From an uncultured Acidobacteriota bacterium (GTDB lineage Bacteria; Acidobacteriota; Terriglobia; UBA7540): DNA of 64,000 nt. The stretch spans positions 1,152,001-1,216,000 of the forward strand of contig CAWDSK010000003.1 in NCBI GenBank assembly GCA_963804995.1, written 5' to 3'. Shown here in pieces: positions 53,211 to 64,000 of the stretch (the stretch's first letter is position 1; each line of letters begins with the position of its first letter). The notes under the pieces were generated by a model. The model was not told the DNA's origin. It ran no database searches and was given only the letters and a program-made list of their open reading frames with translations. The position numbers were made by a program, and so were the translations under genes.

Positions 53211-53465
53211 GGCAGATTTGTAACTTCGAATCGGCGCTGCACCTCCGTACGTGGAGTGGTGCCCTAATTTGAACGTAGCGCCCCGATTCATCGGGGCTCA
53301 ATGCCGGCTGGAAGCCGGCGCTACGTTTGAAATTAGGACAGCACCCGTGGAGTCCTCGGCTTGTCAATCTGCCGCCCCACGCCCTATACTACCGAGGACT
53401 GTGCCCGGAAATGTGCAAGGGGCATGAGAATCTTGATCTTGCCACAAGGTTTAAAGTGAGGATGG

Positions 53466-55278
53466 GTGAGTATCAGTGTCATCATTCCGACTTGCCGGCG
53501 GGCAGTGGTGCTGCGGAATACTCTCAACTCCTTGATTCCTCAGACAGACCGCGACTTTGAAGTGGTCGTGGTTTGTGACGGTGAAGACCCCCAGACGCGG
53601 GCCCTGTCTATAGACTACACGGCCGAGTTCCCGCTGACTTGGATCTTCACCAAGGAAAGACACGGACTGCCTTCGGCGCGCAATACGGGTGCGAACGCAG
53701 CGCAGGGCGAAATTCTCCTCTTTCTGGATGACGACACGGAGGCAGTGCCGGATTGGATTTCCCAGCACCGGAAGCATCTCCAGACTGACAAGAGCCAGAC
53801 GCTCGCAGTGGTCGGCAAAATCATCGACGTTTTCTCGCGAGAACCGAAGTCACACACGGAGCGGCTGCTTCGGGAGGAGCGGAAAGCGGTGCTCGCTTAT
53901 TACGAAACCATCCTGACTGGTTCGGCATGTTCAGTCTATCGGGCCTGATGCTGAATCCTGGAATAGTTTCGGAGTCAACTGCTCCATAAGTCGTAAGACC
54001 TTTTGGGATTGTGGGGGGTTTGATCCGCGCCTTGTCGGTGATCAGTGCGGCTTCATCGGCGAGGAGATGGAACTGGGCCACCGTCTGTGCGACCGCGGAA
54101 TTGAGTTCGTCTTCGAACCCAAGGCGATCTTGTATCACCATGACTCCAAAGACTTGCGGGTCTACGCCAGCGAATTAAGGAAGGCCGCTGGGCCCGCCGA
54201 TGTGTACCGTATCTCAGAAAAGGGCCAACGGAATGCCCAGACGTGTGGGCTTACTTCGCTGGTTCACGGCCATTCGGTGTCTCGATTCGTGGCCTGGGTG
54301 GGGTGGAACCACCCTTGGGCCGCAAGACGGATAGCGGCGATAAGTCAAGCACTTACAGATTCAGCCGGGATGAAAAGCTTCTACGGGATTTGGGGGATGA
54401 TGTCTTTCGCCGAAGAGTACTGGCAGGGGGTCAAAGCCATGGGTCTGACACCCGCCACGATTCGACAACTTACTGGATCACCCTTGCCTGTGTTGAGGTT
54501 TCAGAGCATTTCTGTCCCCCAGGAACCCAAAGGTAGCCCCAGCAATCTCTCGCTCAGGCATTTTGTCCGACTCATGCGCTGGCTCAGACGGCTGGGTTAC
54601 GACTCTTTGCCCGCCGACGAGCGCCTTTCAGCGCCGTGTCCCACCAAAAGTATACTTGTGACGTTTGATGGCGGCTTTGAGGATTTCTATTCTGAGGTCT
54701 TCCCTCACCTGAAACCTCTTGGCCTCAAACCACTCGTATTTTTGGTTGTCGATTACATCGGCAAGCGGAATGTTTGGGAACAGCAGGCTGGGTCCTCCTC
54801 CCGAAAATTGCTTTCAATGGAACAGATTAGAGAGATGAGCCACCAGGGTGTCCAGTTCGGCTCACTTACTCTCACTCATCCTTGGTTACCGAGTCTTTCC
54901 GACACCGAACTGCGCCGGGAAGTCGCGGAATCGAAATCCCGGCTCGAGGACATGCTGGGCTCGGAAGTAACCTGCTTCGCTTATCCCCACGGCGGAATTG
55001 ACAGCCGCGTACGGGCGGCAGTGGCCCGGGCTGGGTATCAGTTCGGGTTCACGACACAACCAGGGCTGAATTTCTGGAATGACCCGCTGGCTTTGAGGCG
55101 AATCGCCATGAATGATTCCAGCTCGTTATTGGGACAACTTGTGGCCATAAGAACTGGACGCACGATCGGCCAAAACACCCGCGCCGCTCTGCTTTTCGGC
55201 CCGCGAGTCGCCTTGAAATTTTTCCCCGACTCCATCTCCGGGGGTTTGAAACGCGCCATCCGTCAAGCGACAAGCTGA
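53466..55278 (+). CDS. GT2 plus polysaccharide-deacetylase-like fusion, +1 frameshift at ~53921
   Basis: SVIIPT, ARN.G, FLDDD, GGFD, then CE4-like domain with FAYPHG. Confidence 0.8.
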
Positions 55279-55437
55279 TAGTGAGCAGTGCGATCCGATT
55301 TTGTAGGTTTGCGAAATCCGAGGCCCGGGTAGGACAGAAAACCCAAGGATTAGACCTAGGGTGCGAATTGCGCCCAACCGGGGCTCCGACAGCCATGTAG
55401 CGCCTTGTCAAGGCATACGAACAGTGGTCGGGACCGA

Positions 55438-57189
55438 ATGAATATGTTGTCAACTAGAGCCGGTTCCTCTGCTCAGACGGCTGTTGTAACTGCCGCAGGG
55501 GCTGGAGCCATTCCGAGAAGGGTAGCCATTCAGGACTGCGCATTCCTGTTCGGTATCGTTCTACTCTCCGGGCTTTCGTACGTAAGCCGATTGGGCTTTT
55601 ATTTTGACGATTGGAGCTACTGGGGAATAATGTATGGTTCCCGAGACCAATCACTCACCGGCTTGTTGCATTGCCTGTGGTCACACAGTCCCGATTTGCA
55701 TGTACGTCCTGTTCAGGCGTTGTATCTGGGGCTTACCTACTTCACCTTCGGGCTTCATCCGCTGCCGTACCACCTGACCAACACCTTGGTACTGGCTTTC
55801 ACCGCAGTCCTGTTCTATGCGTCACTCCGGGAGCTGCAGCTTCCGCATTGCATCACGCTGGCCGTGCCCATGGTCTATGCACTTCTCCCTCATTACGCCA
55901 CGGACCGTTTCTGGATTGCGGCTCACCAAGCCGTTTTCAGCCTCGCATTCTTTTTTCTGGGCTTGTATGCTGGCCTCAGAGCAACGCGAGGCGGGCGGAT
56001 GTATTCATTTTGCTTGCAAGCTGTGAGCATCGGTTCATTTGCGATCGCTCTGCTGTCGTATGAGGTGATCCTCGGCTTGCTACCGGCGTCTCTCTTACTC
56101 ACCGGGTATGGCTTGTACACAAAGCGCCGCGCCCACGGCGGCAAGCCGGAGGGCTTGATGCTTCGCGACGTGGGATACTTCCCCGCCGCGGCCGTCTGCC
56201 TGGGATTGGTTTTTCTTTACAAGACGCGAGTACAGATCTACGTCGGGTCACCTTACCAACTCCTGATCTCGACTCATATCGGCCCGCTTTTCTGGGATGT
56301 CGTGAAAGGAGCGATCAAATTTAATGTCCTGCATTACGGGGTAGGCCTGCCGTGGGGGGCTTTCGTGTTGTATCGGTACACGGGTGTAGGCGCATGGTCG
56401 GTGATCTTCGCCAGTGTAATTGCGGTTTCGATTCTGTTGTACCTGCCCTGGACGCTCAGGAAATCGCCCTCGGGCCTGCTCAGTGGGAAAGTGGCTCTAA
56501 GCTTGATCGCCGCGGGATTTATAGTGTTCGCGCTAGGTTACGCACCTCTTGCAGTACTGCATTTCGGTTTGACAACCATGGGCATCGATAACCGTGTGAC
56601 GATTGCCGCCGCGGTGGGAGCGGCATGTGTTCTCGTCGGGGGCTCAGTGCTTCTGATTCGCGCCGTAGCACCCGCTAGGCTGCAAGTGCTGTCATTTTGC
56701 GGCGCGATTGCAGTTATATGTGGGTTGAATTTCGTTTGCATTGCGAGTTTCGCCGAATGCTGGGCCCAAGCGTACATCCAGCAACGTGAGATCGTCGCGG
56801 AGGTACGCAAGAATGTCGTTTTGCCCGCAGGCACCACGCTTCTGCTCGATGGATTTTGCCGTTATGTCGGACCGGCAATGGTGTTCGTGACGGACTGGGA
56901 CGCGCAGGGGGTGCTCCAAATCGCCTATGGTGACACGACGCTGGGGGGCGACGTGGTATCCCCGGCCATGGAAATCGGCGACGACGTGATCACCACCAGG
57001 TTTTACGGGGAATTGGAGGGGCAGTACGCCTATGGTGAGAGGCTCTGGCTCCATAACGTGCAACGGAAAACCACCCTGAAGTTGACCGACAGTCTCGTGG
57101 CTCGCAATTACTTTCGGACCGTAAATCCCGGCAAGAATAGCGGATGCCCGGCGGGATTCGCAGGAATTGGCGCTCCGACCCCGTGGTAG
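55438..57189 (+). CDS. Polytopic membrane protein, GT-C-like glycosyltransferase
   Basis: GFYFDDW, RP, LSYE motifs with many TM helices. Confidence 0.65.
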   Translation: MNMLSTRAGSSAQTAVVTAAGAGAIPRRVAIQDCAFLFGIVLLSGLSYVSRLGFYFDDWSYWGIMYGSRDQSLTGLLHCLWSHSPDLHVRPVQALYLGLTYFTFGLHPLPYHLTNTLVLAFTAVLFYASLRELQLPHCITLAVPMVYALLPHYATDRFWIAAHQAVFSLAFFFLGLYAGLRATRGGRMYSFCLQAVSIGSFAIALLSYEVILGLLPASLLLTGYGLYTKRRAHGGKPEGLMLRDVGYFPAAAVCLGLVFLYKTRVQIYVGSPYQLLISTHIGPLFWDVVKGAIKFNVLHYGVGLPWGAFVLYRYTGVGAWSVIFASVIAVSILLYLPWTLRKSPSGLLSGKVALSLIAAGFIVFALGYAPLAVLHFGLTTMGIDNRVTIAAAVGAACVLVGGSVLLIRAVAPARLQVLSFCGAIAVICGLNFVCIASFAECWAQAYIQQREIVAEVRKNVVLPAGTTLLLDGFCRYVGPAMVFVTDWDAQGVLQIAYGDTTLGGDVVSPAMEIGDDVITTRFYGELEGQYAYGERLWLHNVQRKTTLKLTDSLVARNYFRTVNPGKNSGCPAGFAGIGAPTPW

Positions 57190-57416
57190 TACCGGGGAGT
57201 TTCTCCGCAGCCTGTAAAGTCAACTCCCATGATTCGAGCCAAGGCAAGGAGTTGTGGACGACTGATGAACAAACAAGCGGGTCTGTGCGGCGGGCTGCGG
57301 GAGCACACATCCCTCGTTACCGTGGGACCAGCGAGGCGGCACGCAAGCTCTTGCAGACTTTGCAACGCGGCGACTGGGAGGATCGAGTGATTCCGGTCAG
57401 AGGACTCTGGAGTGCG

Positions 57417-58157
57417 ATGGTACCCTATCCTGTTCGCCAATGGGTAAGCGAACGGAAGAAACGCGTGAAGCGTTCTCTACGCAAGTTACGGAGAGATGCC
57501 GATTTTGTCAGCCTGCGGCGAACGACTCCTGTCTGCGACGATTGGGGAAAAAGCAGAGGGCATTGCATCGACCGCTACTACATCGAACAATTCCTGGCTG
57601 ATCACGCGGCGGACATTCGGGGGCACGTTCTCGAATTTGATGAGGCCTTGTACGCGAACAAATTTGGTGGCGCCAAGGTAACACAGGTGGATGTGCTTCA
57701 CAAAGTGGAGGGTAATCCTCGAGCCACTATCGTCGCTGACCTGGCGAAGGGGGAAAATATCCCGTCCAACACCTTTGACTGCGTTATTTGTACGCAAGTC
57801 CTTCACTTTGTCTACGATCTGCACGCCGCTGTCCGGACGTTGCACCGCATCCTGAAGCCCGGCGGCGTCGTACTGGTTACCGCACCCGGCATCCAGAAGA
57901 TTGAGCGCTCCGCCATGGAGATGTGGGGAGAGCATTGGCGATTTACAACCCTCTCTTTACGTCGGCTGTTCGAGGAGGTCTTCCCGGCGAATCTTATCGA
58001 AGTGAAGGCATCTGGAAACGTCTTGGCGGCCATTGCGTTCCTGCATGGATATGCCGTAGAAGACCTGAGGAGAGAGGACCTGGATTTTCGCGATCAGGAT
58101 TATGAGGTTTCGATTGGGCTGAGGGCGGTTAAACCTAAGGAGGTCGAGACCGTTTAA
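57417..58157 (+). CDS. SAM-dependent methyltransferase (glycan-cluster type)
   Basis: RG..IDRYYIEQFL, FDCVICTQ, LKPGG, GNVLAAIAFLHG; start uncertain. Confidence 0.82.
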   Translation: MVPYPVRQWVSERKKRVKRSLRKLRRDADFVSLRRTTPVCDDWGKSRGHCIDRYYIEQFLADHAADIRGHVLEFDEALYANKFGGAKVTQVDVLHKVEGNPRATIVADLAKGENIPSNTFDCVICTQVLHFVYDLHAAVRTLHRILKPGGVVLVTAPGIQKIERSAMEMWGEHWRFTTLSLRRLFEEVFPANLIEVKASGNVLAAIAFLHGYAVEDLRREDLDFRDQDYEVSIGLRAVKPKEVETV

Positions 58158-58214
58158 CGAAACCCGCAGGCTGTGGGAGGGCGCTGTCCCCTCCTGTGGT
58201 GCGTAGAAGGAATC

Positions 58215-59142
58215 ATGAATAACCCGCCCAGGGTGTCAGTTGTCGTCAGCTTCCTCGATGCGGAAAGGTTCTTTGCGGAGGCAATTCAAAGTGTGTTTGC
58301 GCAGACGTTCAAGAGTTGGGAACTCTTGCTGGTTGATGACGGGTTCGAGCGATTCCAGTACGGCCATGGCGCGTCACTACTCCACGGAGTACCCGCACCT
58401 GGTGAAATATCTCGAACACGATAATCACTGTAATCGAGGCCTCCCTGCTTCCCGCAATCTGGGCATCAACAACGCAAGGGGAGAATACATTGCGCTCCTT
58501 GATTCCGATGACGTTTGGTTACCTATCAAACTGGAACGCCAAATTGCGATCATGGATTCGCATCCCAGGGTGTCGCTGGTCATGGGCGCATCTCTATACT
58601 GGTACAATTGGGCGGCTGATTCGAGCGTTCCGCAGCAGGATTATATGCAAGGGTTCGGCATCCCCGCCAACAGGGTATACGAACCACCGGCCTTGCTGAA
58701 AGCGCACTTGTCGGAAGTGACGTGGGCGCCTTGTCCGTCCGATCTGCTCTTCCGCAAAGAGGTTATCACCAACCTGGGTGGATTTGACGAAGCGTTCTCC
58801 ACGGTTTCCGGGATGTACGAAGACCAAGCATTCCTGGCCAAAGTCTTCTTGAATCTGCCCGTTTATGTGTCAGACGAGTGTTGGGATCGCTACCGGCTGC
58901 ATAGAGACTCGATCTGCGCCAGGGTAAAATCATCAGGGCGACACCCAGCCGCCACGGTCTTTTACCTGAACTGGGTCGGGGAGTACCTCTCCAGCCAGGG
59001 TGCGATGGACGCAAAAATACAGCATATAATCCGCCGCCGGTTGTGGCCGCTTCGGCATCCCTTGCTATACCCGTTCCGGCGGTGGGGAGGACGTGTGATC
59101 AGAGGTCTCAAGCGTATAGGGGCAGGACTTCTTCAGGCTTGA
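58215..59142 (+). CDS. GT2 glycosyltransferase, +1 frameshift at ~58344
   Basis: LLVDDG|SSD, SRNLG, LDSDDVW, YEDQAF. Confidence 0.85.
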
Positions 59143-59228
59143 AAGCCCGTGTGATTTGTCGGGGCACGGTCCAACTACCTGCCACTCCACAGAGGATTAA
59201 TATCCAGCGCCCCCACCGGGGCAGTTGC

Positions 59229-60998
59229 ATGAGCCAACCACCCTCCATCTCGGTTGTCCTTCCGACTTTTAACCGCCGTGAGCTTTTGGAACGCACTTTG
59301 CCGACGGTCTTGGAGCAAGACTTCCCTGCGCATGAGTTCGAGGTGATTGTAGTGGTAGACGGCTCAACGGACGGGACGGCGGAGTGGCTCCGAAGCCTGA
59401 GGCCATCCTGTGGTTTCAAGGTCATCGAACAAGAAAATCGTGGACAGAAGGCGGCCTTAAACGCCGGAGTTCGGGCCGCGAGTGGGCGACTCATCCTGTT
59501 TCTCGATGATGATCTCCTGTGCGACAAGTCTTTGCTTGCTGAGCACGCCGCCGGGCATGCCGGGGGAGGTTTCACCCTGGTCTTCGGCCGTATACGGGTT
59601 GCGCCGGAGAGTCCGCCGACTTTGGAAACCGAGGCCATGCGGACATATCTCGAGAATCACTACGAGCAATCGGTGCGAGGGGGCCAACCGGTGTGGCCCT
59701 ACGCGGCGGTGGTAGGGCCGAATTGCTCACTTTCGCGCACGCGTTATTTGGATTGTGGAGGGTATGACGAGAGCCTGCCACGGCGGTATGAAGATGTTGA
59801 ATTAGGTCTCCGCCTTTGGAAAATCGGATGCCAATTCAAGTATCAGCCCAAGGCCATCATCTATCACCTTTGCCTGAAGTCATCAGGGGAACGGGCCAGG
59901 GACCTCGCCTACGAAGGCAGAAGCATGTTCGGGGTGTGCCGGATGTACCCTGATTATCGGGCGCATAACACCCTGATGGCAGTGGTGCGGGCGCCCGCCT
60001 GGAAGCGTTTGTTTTATAGGACCCTGGCGGGTCTCCCTTTTTCAGCCACGATATGGTTTGCGCCTTTTATCTGGTTGATATCCAAACTGGCCCGCGTCAG
60101 CCCTGGGGCGAGTCGATTGGGACTTCGCTTGCACGATGTCCGGCAGAACGTAGCATGGTTTCAGGGCGCCATCGCGGAACCGGGTTCGTGGAAAGAGTTT
60201 CATAATGTGTTTCGGCGCCGCCTGCCGGTGCTGGCCTATCACCGCATAGGCACCCCCGCACCTTTAGAGTGGTCCGAACTAACCGTAACGCCGCAGAAAT
60301 TTGAGCGCCAGATTCAGTGGCTGGCCAAGCACGGCTACGTTGGGATTAAACCTTGCGATTGGCTGGCGTGGTGTCGTGAAGGCAAGGATCTGCCTGAGAA
60401 GCCCGTGTTGCTCACCTTTGATGATGCTTACCGAGACCTCACCGAACATGCGTTCCCGGTGTTAAAGCGGTATGGATTCAATGCCACCGTCTTCGTGGTC
60501 ACCCAACACTTGGGTAAAACCAATTCCTGGGACCAGGGTAGCGTGAGAGCAGATTTGCCGCTCATGACGGTTGAGCAGGTTCGCTATTGGGCTAACCAAG
60601 GCTTCGAATTTGGCGGACATACCCGGACCCACCCCGACTTGACGAGCGTGGATAACACCAGACTGACGGACGAAGTGGAAGGCGGCGCCCAGGACCTGGA
60701 GCACATAGTGGGCAAGCGGGCCATCTCTTTCGCATATCCTCATGGACTGTACAACGAGACGGTCCGGCAATGTGCGGAGAAGGCGTTCGCTTTGGCCTTT
60801 ACCTGTGACGAGGGTTTGAACTGCCTCACCACCCATCCCCATCTTCTCCAGCGAACCGAGGTCCAACCCCAAGATACCCTCCTCGATTTCGGGTTGCGCG
60901 TTCGCTTGGGATACGACCCACTCCACGACCTGCGGGGTCGCCTCCGAATTCGCACGCGCCTCAGAGGTGCGTTAGGTCTCCTGAAGGAGAAGAAGTAA
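59229..60998 (+). CDS. GT2 plus polysaccharide deacetylase (CE4) fusion
   Basis: PTFNR, DGSTDGT, FLDDD, YEDVELG; LAYH, TFDD, HTRTHP, FAYPHG. Confidence 0.9.
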   Translation: MSQPPSISVVLPTFNRRELLERTLPTVLEQDFPAHEFEVIVVVDGSTDGTAEWLRSLRPSCGFKVIEQENRGQKAALNAGVRAASGRLILFLDDDLLCDKSLLAEHAAGHAGGGFTLVFGRIRVAPESPPTLETEAMRTYLENHYEQSVRGGQPVWPYAAVVGPNCSLSRTRYLDCGGYDESLPRRYEDVELGLRLWKIGCQFKYQPKAIIYHLCLKSSGERARDLAYEGRSMFGVCRMYPDYRAHNTLMAVVRAPAWKRLFYRTLAGLPFSATIWFAPFIWLISKLARVSPGASRLGLRLHDVRQNVAWFQGAIAEPGSWKEFHNVFRRRLPVLAYHRIGTPAPLEWSELTVTPQKFERQIQWLAKHGYVGIKPCDWLAWCREGKDLPEKPVLLTFDDAYRDLTEHAFPVLKRYGFNATVFVVTQHLGKTNSWDQGSVRADLPLMTVEQVRYWANQGFEFGGHTRTHPDLTSVDNTRLTDEVEGGAQDLEHIVGKRAISFAYPHGLYNETVRQCAEKAFALAFTCDEGLNCLTTHPHLLQRTEVQPQDTLLDFGLRVRLGYDPLHDLRGRLRIRTRLRGALGLLKEKK

Positions 60999-62074
60999 TG
61001 CCAAAGCGGGTCTTACACATCCTGGGGACCGCCGGGCAGCATGGGGCAGGAATCGCACATCTTGTGCGCGGGCTGGCGCGCGGGCTTGATCCGCAGCGCT
61101 ACCGCATCCACGCCTTGTTTCTGGCTGGGGATGGACCTCTGGTGAGCGTGCTGCAGCAGGCGGGAGCGCAGGTGAGTGCCGTCGACTGGGTACGCGGGGC
61201 GCGCGATCCGATGGGAGCCTGGCGGTTCTGGCGCCATCTGCGCAATCAACAGTTCGATATCGTCCACGTCCACTTCGGGGGAAGGTCCGTGTTCTGGCTG
61301 GCTCGGGCCGCGACCGGCGCAAAAATCGTATTGCACTTGTGGGACCGGATTCTGGAGCCGCGGGGGTTGACCCCGGTTTACTTTTCTGCCCGCGGCACAG
61401 ACGGTGTGGTCGCCGCCTCTCAAGCGATCGCCAGTTGAGTTGTAGACGGTCCGGCGCGAGTGATCTATACGGGCGTGGACTTCCCGCCCACCGACTTCCC
61501 TGCCCCGGGTCACCGTGCTACTTCCCAACTCGTCATGGGGACCGCCCGGCGACTCATCCGATTCAAGGGGATCGAGTACTTGCTGGACGCGGCGGCCGTT
61601 CTCCGACCGGAATTCCCCGATCTTCGGGTGGAGATTGCCGGCACCGGGCCGGAACGCGAAAACCTGGAACAGCGGGCCGCCCGCCTCGGCCTCACGGGCC
61701 GCGTTGAGTTCCTGGGTTGGGTCAACGACCTCAATGCGGTTCTGCCCCGCTGGGATGTCTTTGTGATACCTTCCCTCGAAGAGGGTTTTGGCATTGCCGC
61801 TCTGGAAGGAATGGCGGTGGGTCTGCCGGTTGTTGCTTCGGCGGTGGGCGGCCTTCCCGAGATTGTGGAGGATGGAATCAGCGGCTGGCTTGTCCCCCCC
61901 GGCAATGTGGAGGCATTGGCCTCCCGGCTTCGTCTTCTGCTCAGCAGTCAAGAGTTGAGGTTGAGGATGGGCGCGGCCGCGCAGGCTCGGGTGCGGGATC
62001 ATTTCAGTTCCGCACAAATGGCGGAGAATTTCGCCCGGTATTACGACGAAATCCTGGGTGAAAAAAGGACCTGA
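60998..62074 (+). CDS. GT4 glycosyltransferase with an in-frame TGA at 61436-61438
   Basis: AASQAIAS*VVDGPARVIYTG in frame; PSLEEGFGIAALEGMA, GGLPE. Confidence 0.85.
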
Positions 62075-62184
62075 GCCCAACCGCGCGGCCGCAGCCAATC
62101 TTGAAACATCCGGCATGTCCAACACACGCTCTCCGGCGGCATGAGACGCCGAGAGGGGTCGCGTGTATCGAGAAGGAGAATGAG

Positions 62185-63111
62185 TTGGAGCCTCCGGGCG
62201 AGTTATTGAAACAGGCGAGCATCATCGTTTGTACGGTTGATCGCTTCCAGGAATTAGAAAGGTGCCTTCACTCGCTCGAGCCTTTCGAGACTAGTGGCGC
62301 TGAAGTCATCGTTGTTAACAACGGGCAGCACCACGCCAAAGTTCAGGGTATAGCGGACCGCTACAAGGCAAGAGTTGTTGACGAACCGGGGCGCGGGCTG
62401 GGGGCGGCTCGCAACTGCGGCGTCCGCGCGGCGTCCAGGTCCCTTCTCGCTTTCCTGGATGATGACGCGTGGGCCATGCCCGACTGGTTGCCCCGCTTGT
62501 TGCAGCCTTTCGAAGATCCTGAGGTTCTTGCTGTTGCCGGTAGCGCCCGGGCAGACACCTCGAGTGATCCGGTCAGCGGACTCTTTGAGAAATTCTACAA
62601 TGCCACTTGCCCGGCGACGCGGAGGTTCCTGCCGGCGCCCCAAACCACCTGCTCGTTTCCGCTGCGCGCGGCCATGTGTGGGATTGGCCTGAACATGGCC
62701 TTCCGACAAGCCGCCTTCGAGCGTTTCGGCATGTTCGACGCGCGGTTTGGTCGCGGCACTCGCATCGGTTCGGGTGAAGAAACGGAGCGCTTTCTGGCGG
62801 TGCTGCTCGGTGGAGGCAAAATTGTAATCGAGCCCGCCGCGGTGGTCGTTCATAGTTTCCCGACCGACGTACGTGCTTACCACCAGGCCATTTTTCAGGC
62901 CGGTTGCGCACACACCGCCATCCTCACCAAATATTTCTTGCAAGAATCCTCCCGGCGTCCGGAAATCTTTCAGTACATCGCCTCACGCTTTCAGAAGCAG
63001 CCAGCAAACGACCCGTTGGCTCCCAATCGCGTCAAAGTCCCGCGATTCCGCTTCCTCCTGGGCAGCCTTTACGGCCCTCTTGCGTTTCTCCTTTCAACGA
63101 AACCCTTCTGA
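62185..63111 (+). CDS. GT2 glycosyltransferase
   Basis: SIIVCT, GL..ARN.G, FLDDDA, NMAFR, GEE; TTG start after AAGGAG. Confidence 0.85.
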   Translation: MEPPGELLKQASIIVCTVDRFQELERCLHSLEPFETSGAEVIVVNNGQHHAKVQGIADRYKARVVDEPGRGLGAARNCGVRAASRSLLAFLDDDAWAMPDWLPRLLQPFEDPEVLAVAGSARADTSSDPVSGLFEKFYNATCPATRRFLPAPQTTCSFPLRAAMCGIGLNMAFRQAAFERFGMFDARFGRGTRIGSGEETERFLAVLLGGGKIVIEPAAVVVHSFPTDVRAYHQAIFQAGCAHTAILTKYFLQESSRRPEIFQYIASRFQKQPANDPLAPNRVKVPRFRFLLGSLYGPLAFLLSTKPF

Positions 63112-63485
63112 GGTGCCACGGGCGTCCCGCCCGTGTCCCGTCACGGCCAAGACCCCGATGGATCGGGGCAGGTCGGCCGTGGCACCCCAAAATAAGTCTG
63201 TGCCGGCTGCGCCTTGCCGAGGCGCTCGTGCCATCCCAAGCGTTTCGGCATGGCAGGTGCAGGCTCTAGTTTCGGAGTGCGGCGACTCGTCGCCGCTTTC
63301 CCTCACCGCAACTCGATGCGGCGGTACACCGACCGCTGACGAGTCAGCGGTGGCAAAAGCGGGATCAAGCTCCCGCACTCCGAAATTTCGCTTCCGATGC
63401 CGAGGGGAGACTCCTCTGCCGGCTTTCTACTTCCGTGCTTTTCCCTCATGGTAAACTGCCTGCTGAATAAACCGGGAGGTTCAGT

Positions 63486-64000
63486 TTGGCTCTCTATCTG
63501 GTAACAGGCGGCGCAGGATTCATCGGCTCACATATCGTAGAAGAACTGGTTCGACGCGGCGAGTCCGTGCGCGTGCTCGACGATCTTTCGACCGGGCGTC
63601 GGGAGAATCTTTCCTCCGTGCAGGGGCAGATCGACTTCCATGAGGGCGATATCCGCGATCTTGAAAAGCCGCTATTCGCGAAGGTCGATTACGTCATTCA
63701 CCTCGCTGCGGTTGCCTCCGTGGTGCGCTCGGTTGAAGACCCGGTCACGACCACTGAAATTAATCTGAATGGCACGCTCCACGTCCTGCTCGCCGCTCGC
63801 GATGCCCAGGTGAAGCGCGTGATCTTGGCGGCTACCGCGGCTGCTTACGGTGATCATCCCGCCTTGCCGCGCGTCGAGACGCAAGTGCCCGAGCCCCTCT
63901 CGCCCTACGCGCTCACGAAGTTAGCGGGTGAATACTACGGCCAGGTTTTCCACCGCCTCTTTGGTTTGGAATTTGTGGCCCTCCGCTATTTCAATATCTT
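63486..64000 (+). CDS. NAD-dependent nucleotide-sugar epimerase (extended SDR), runs off the window end
   Basis: LVTGGAGFIGSH, HLAA..SV, SPYALTK, LRYFN. Confidence 0.9.
   Translation, partial: MALYLVTGGAGFIGSHIVEELVRRGESVRVLDDLSTGRRENLSSVQGQIDFHEGDIRDLEKPLFAKVDYVIHLAAVASVVRSVEDPVTTTEINLNGTLHVLLAARDAQVKRVILAATAAAYGDHPALPRVETQVPEPLSPYALTKLAGEYYGQVFHRLFGLEFVALRYFNI

Noticed and set aside
52047..61438. TGA recoding (Trp, Gly or selenocysteine) to explain two in-frame stops
   Set aside because: Many genes here end normally at TGA (e.g. 2050, 50370, 55278, 59142), the sites are not catalytic Cys positions, and both fit CGA-to-TGA in one motif
1..64000. CRISPR array, tRNA or rRNA
   Set aside because: No regularly spaced repeats or RNA gene signatures seen by eye

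Overview
A GC-rich bacterial chromosomal segment, most likely Acidobacteriota (inferred from the carboxypeptidase-domain TonB-dependent receptor, many Tat-exported sugar enzymes and dense REP-like repeats). The left 38 kb holds carbohydrate and periplasmic genes (GH2, a deleted GMC oxidoreductase and its subunit-3-like partner, metallophosphoesterase, YncE propeller, TBDR, aspartyl protease, AGE epimerase, B12 radical SAM, APC permease, YihY, DUF5009, PIG-L deacetylase, MttB-family methyltransferase, ceramidase-like protein, GH51, DUF4038). It also has an IS1182-family element inserted in a repeat hairpin and three paralogues of an unknown secreted protein with near-identical N/C modules and a variable middle. 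The right 26 kb is a surface-glycan cluster with about six GT-C-like membrane proteins, a Thr-type sulfatase-like protein, two methyltransferases, an ABC-2 exporter, GT2/GT4 enzymes, two GT2-deacetylase fusions (one with a degenerate active site) and an epimerase. Seven apparent gene lesions can each be repaired by restoring a TCGR site (mostly TCGAG), which suggests cytosine-methylation-related sequencing errors rather than pseudogenes. No rRNA, tRNA or CRISPR array was seen. All calls come from motif recognition by eye; no searches were run.
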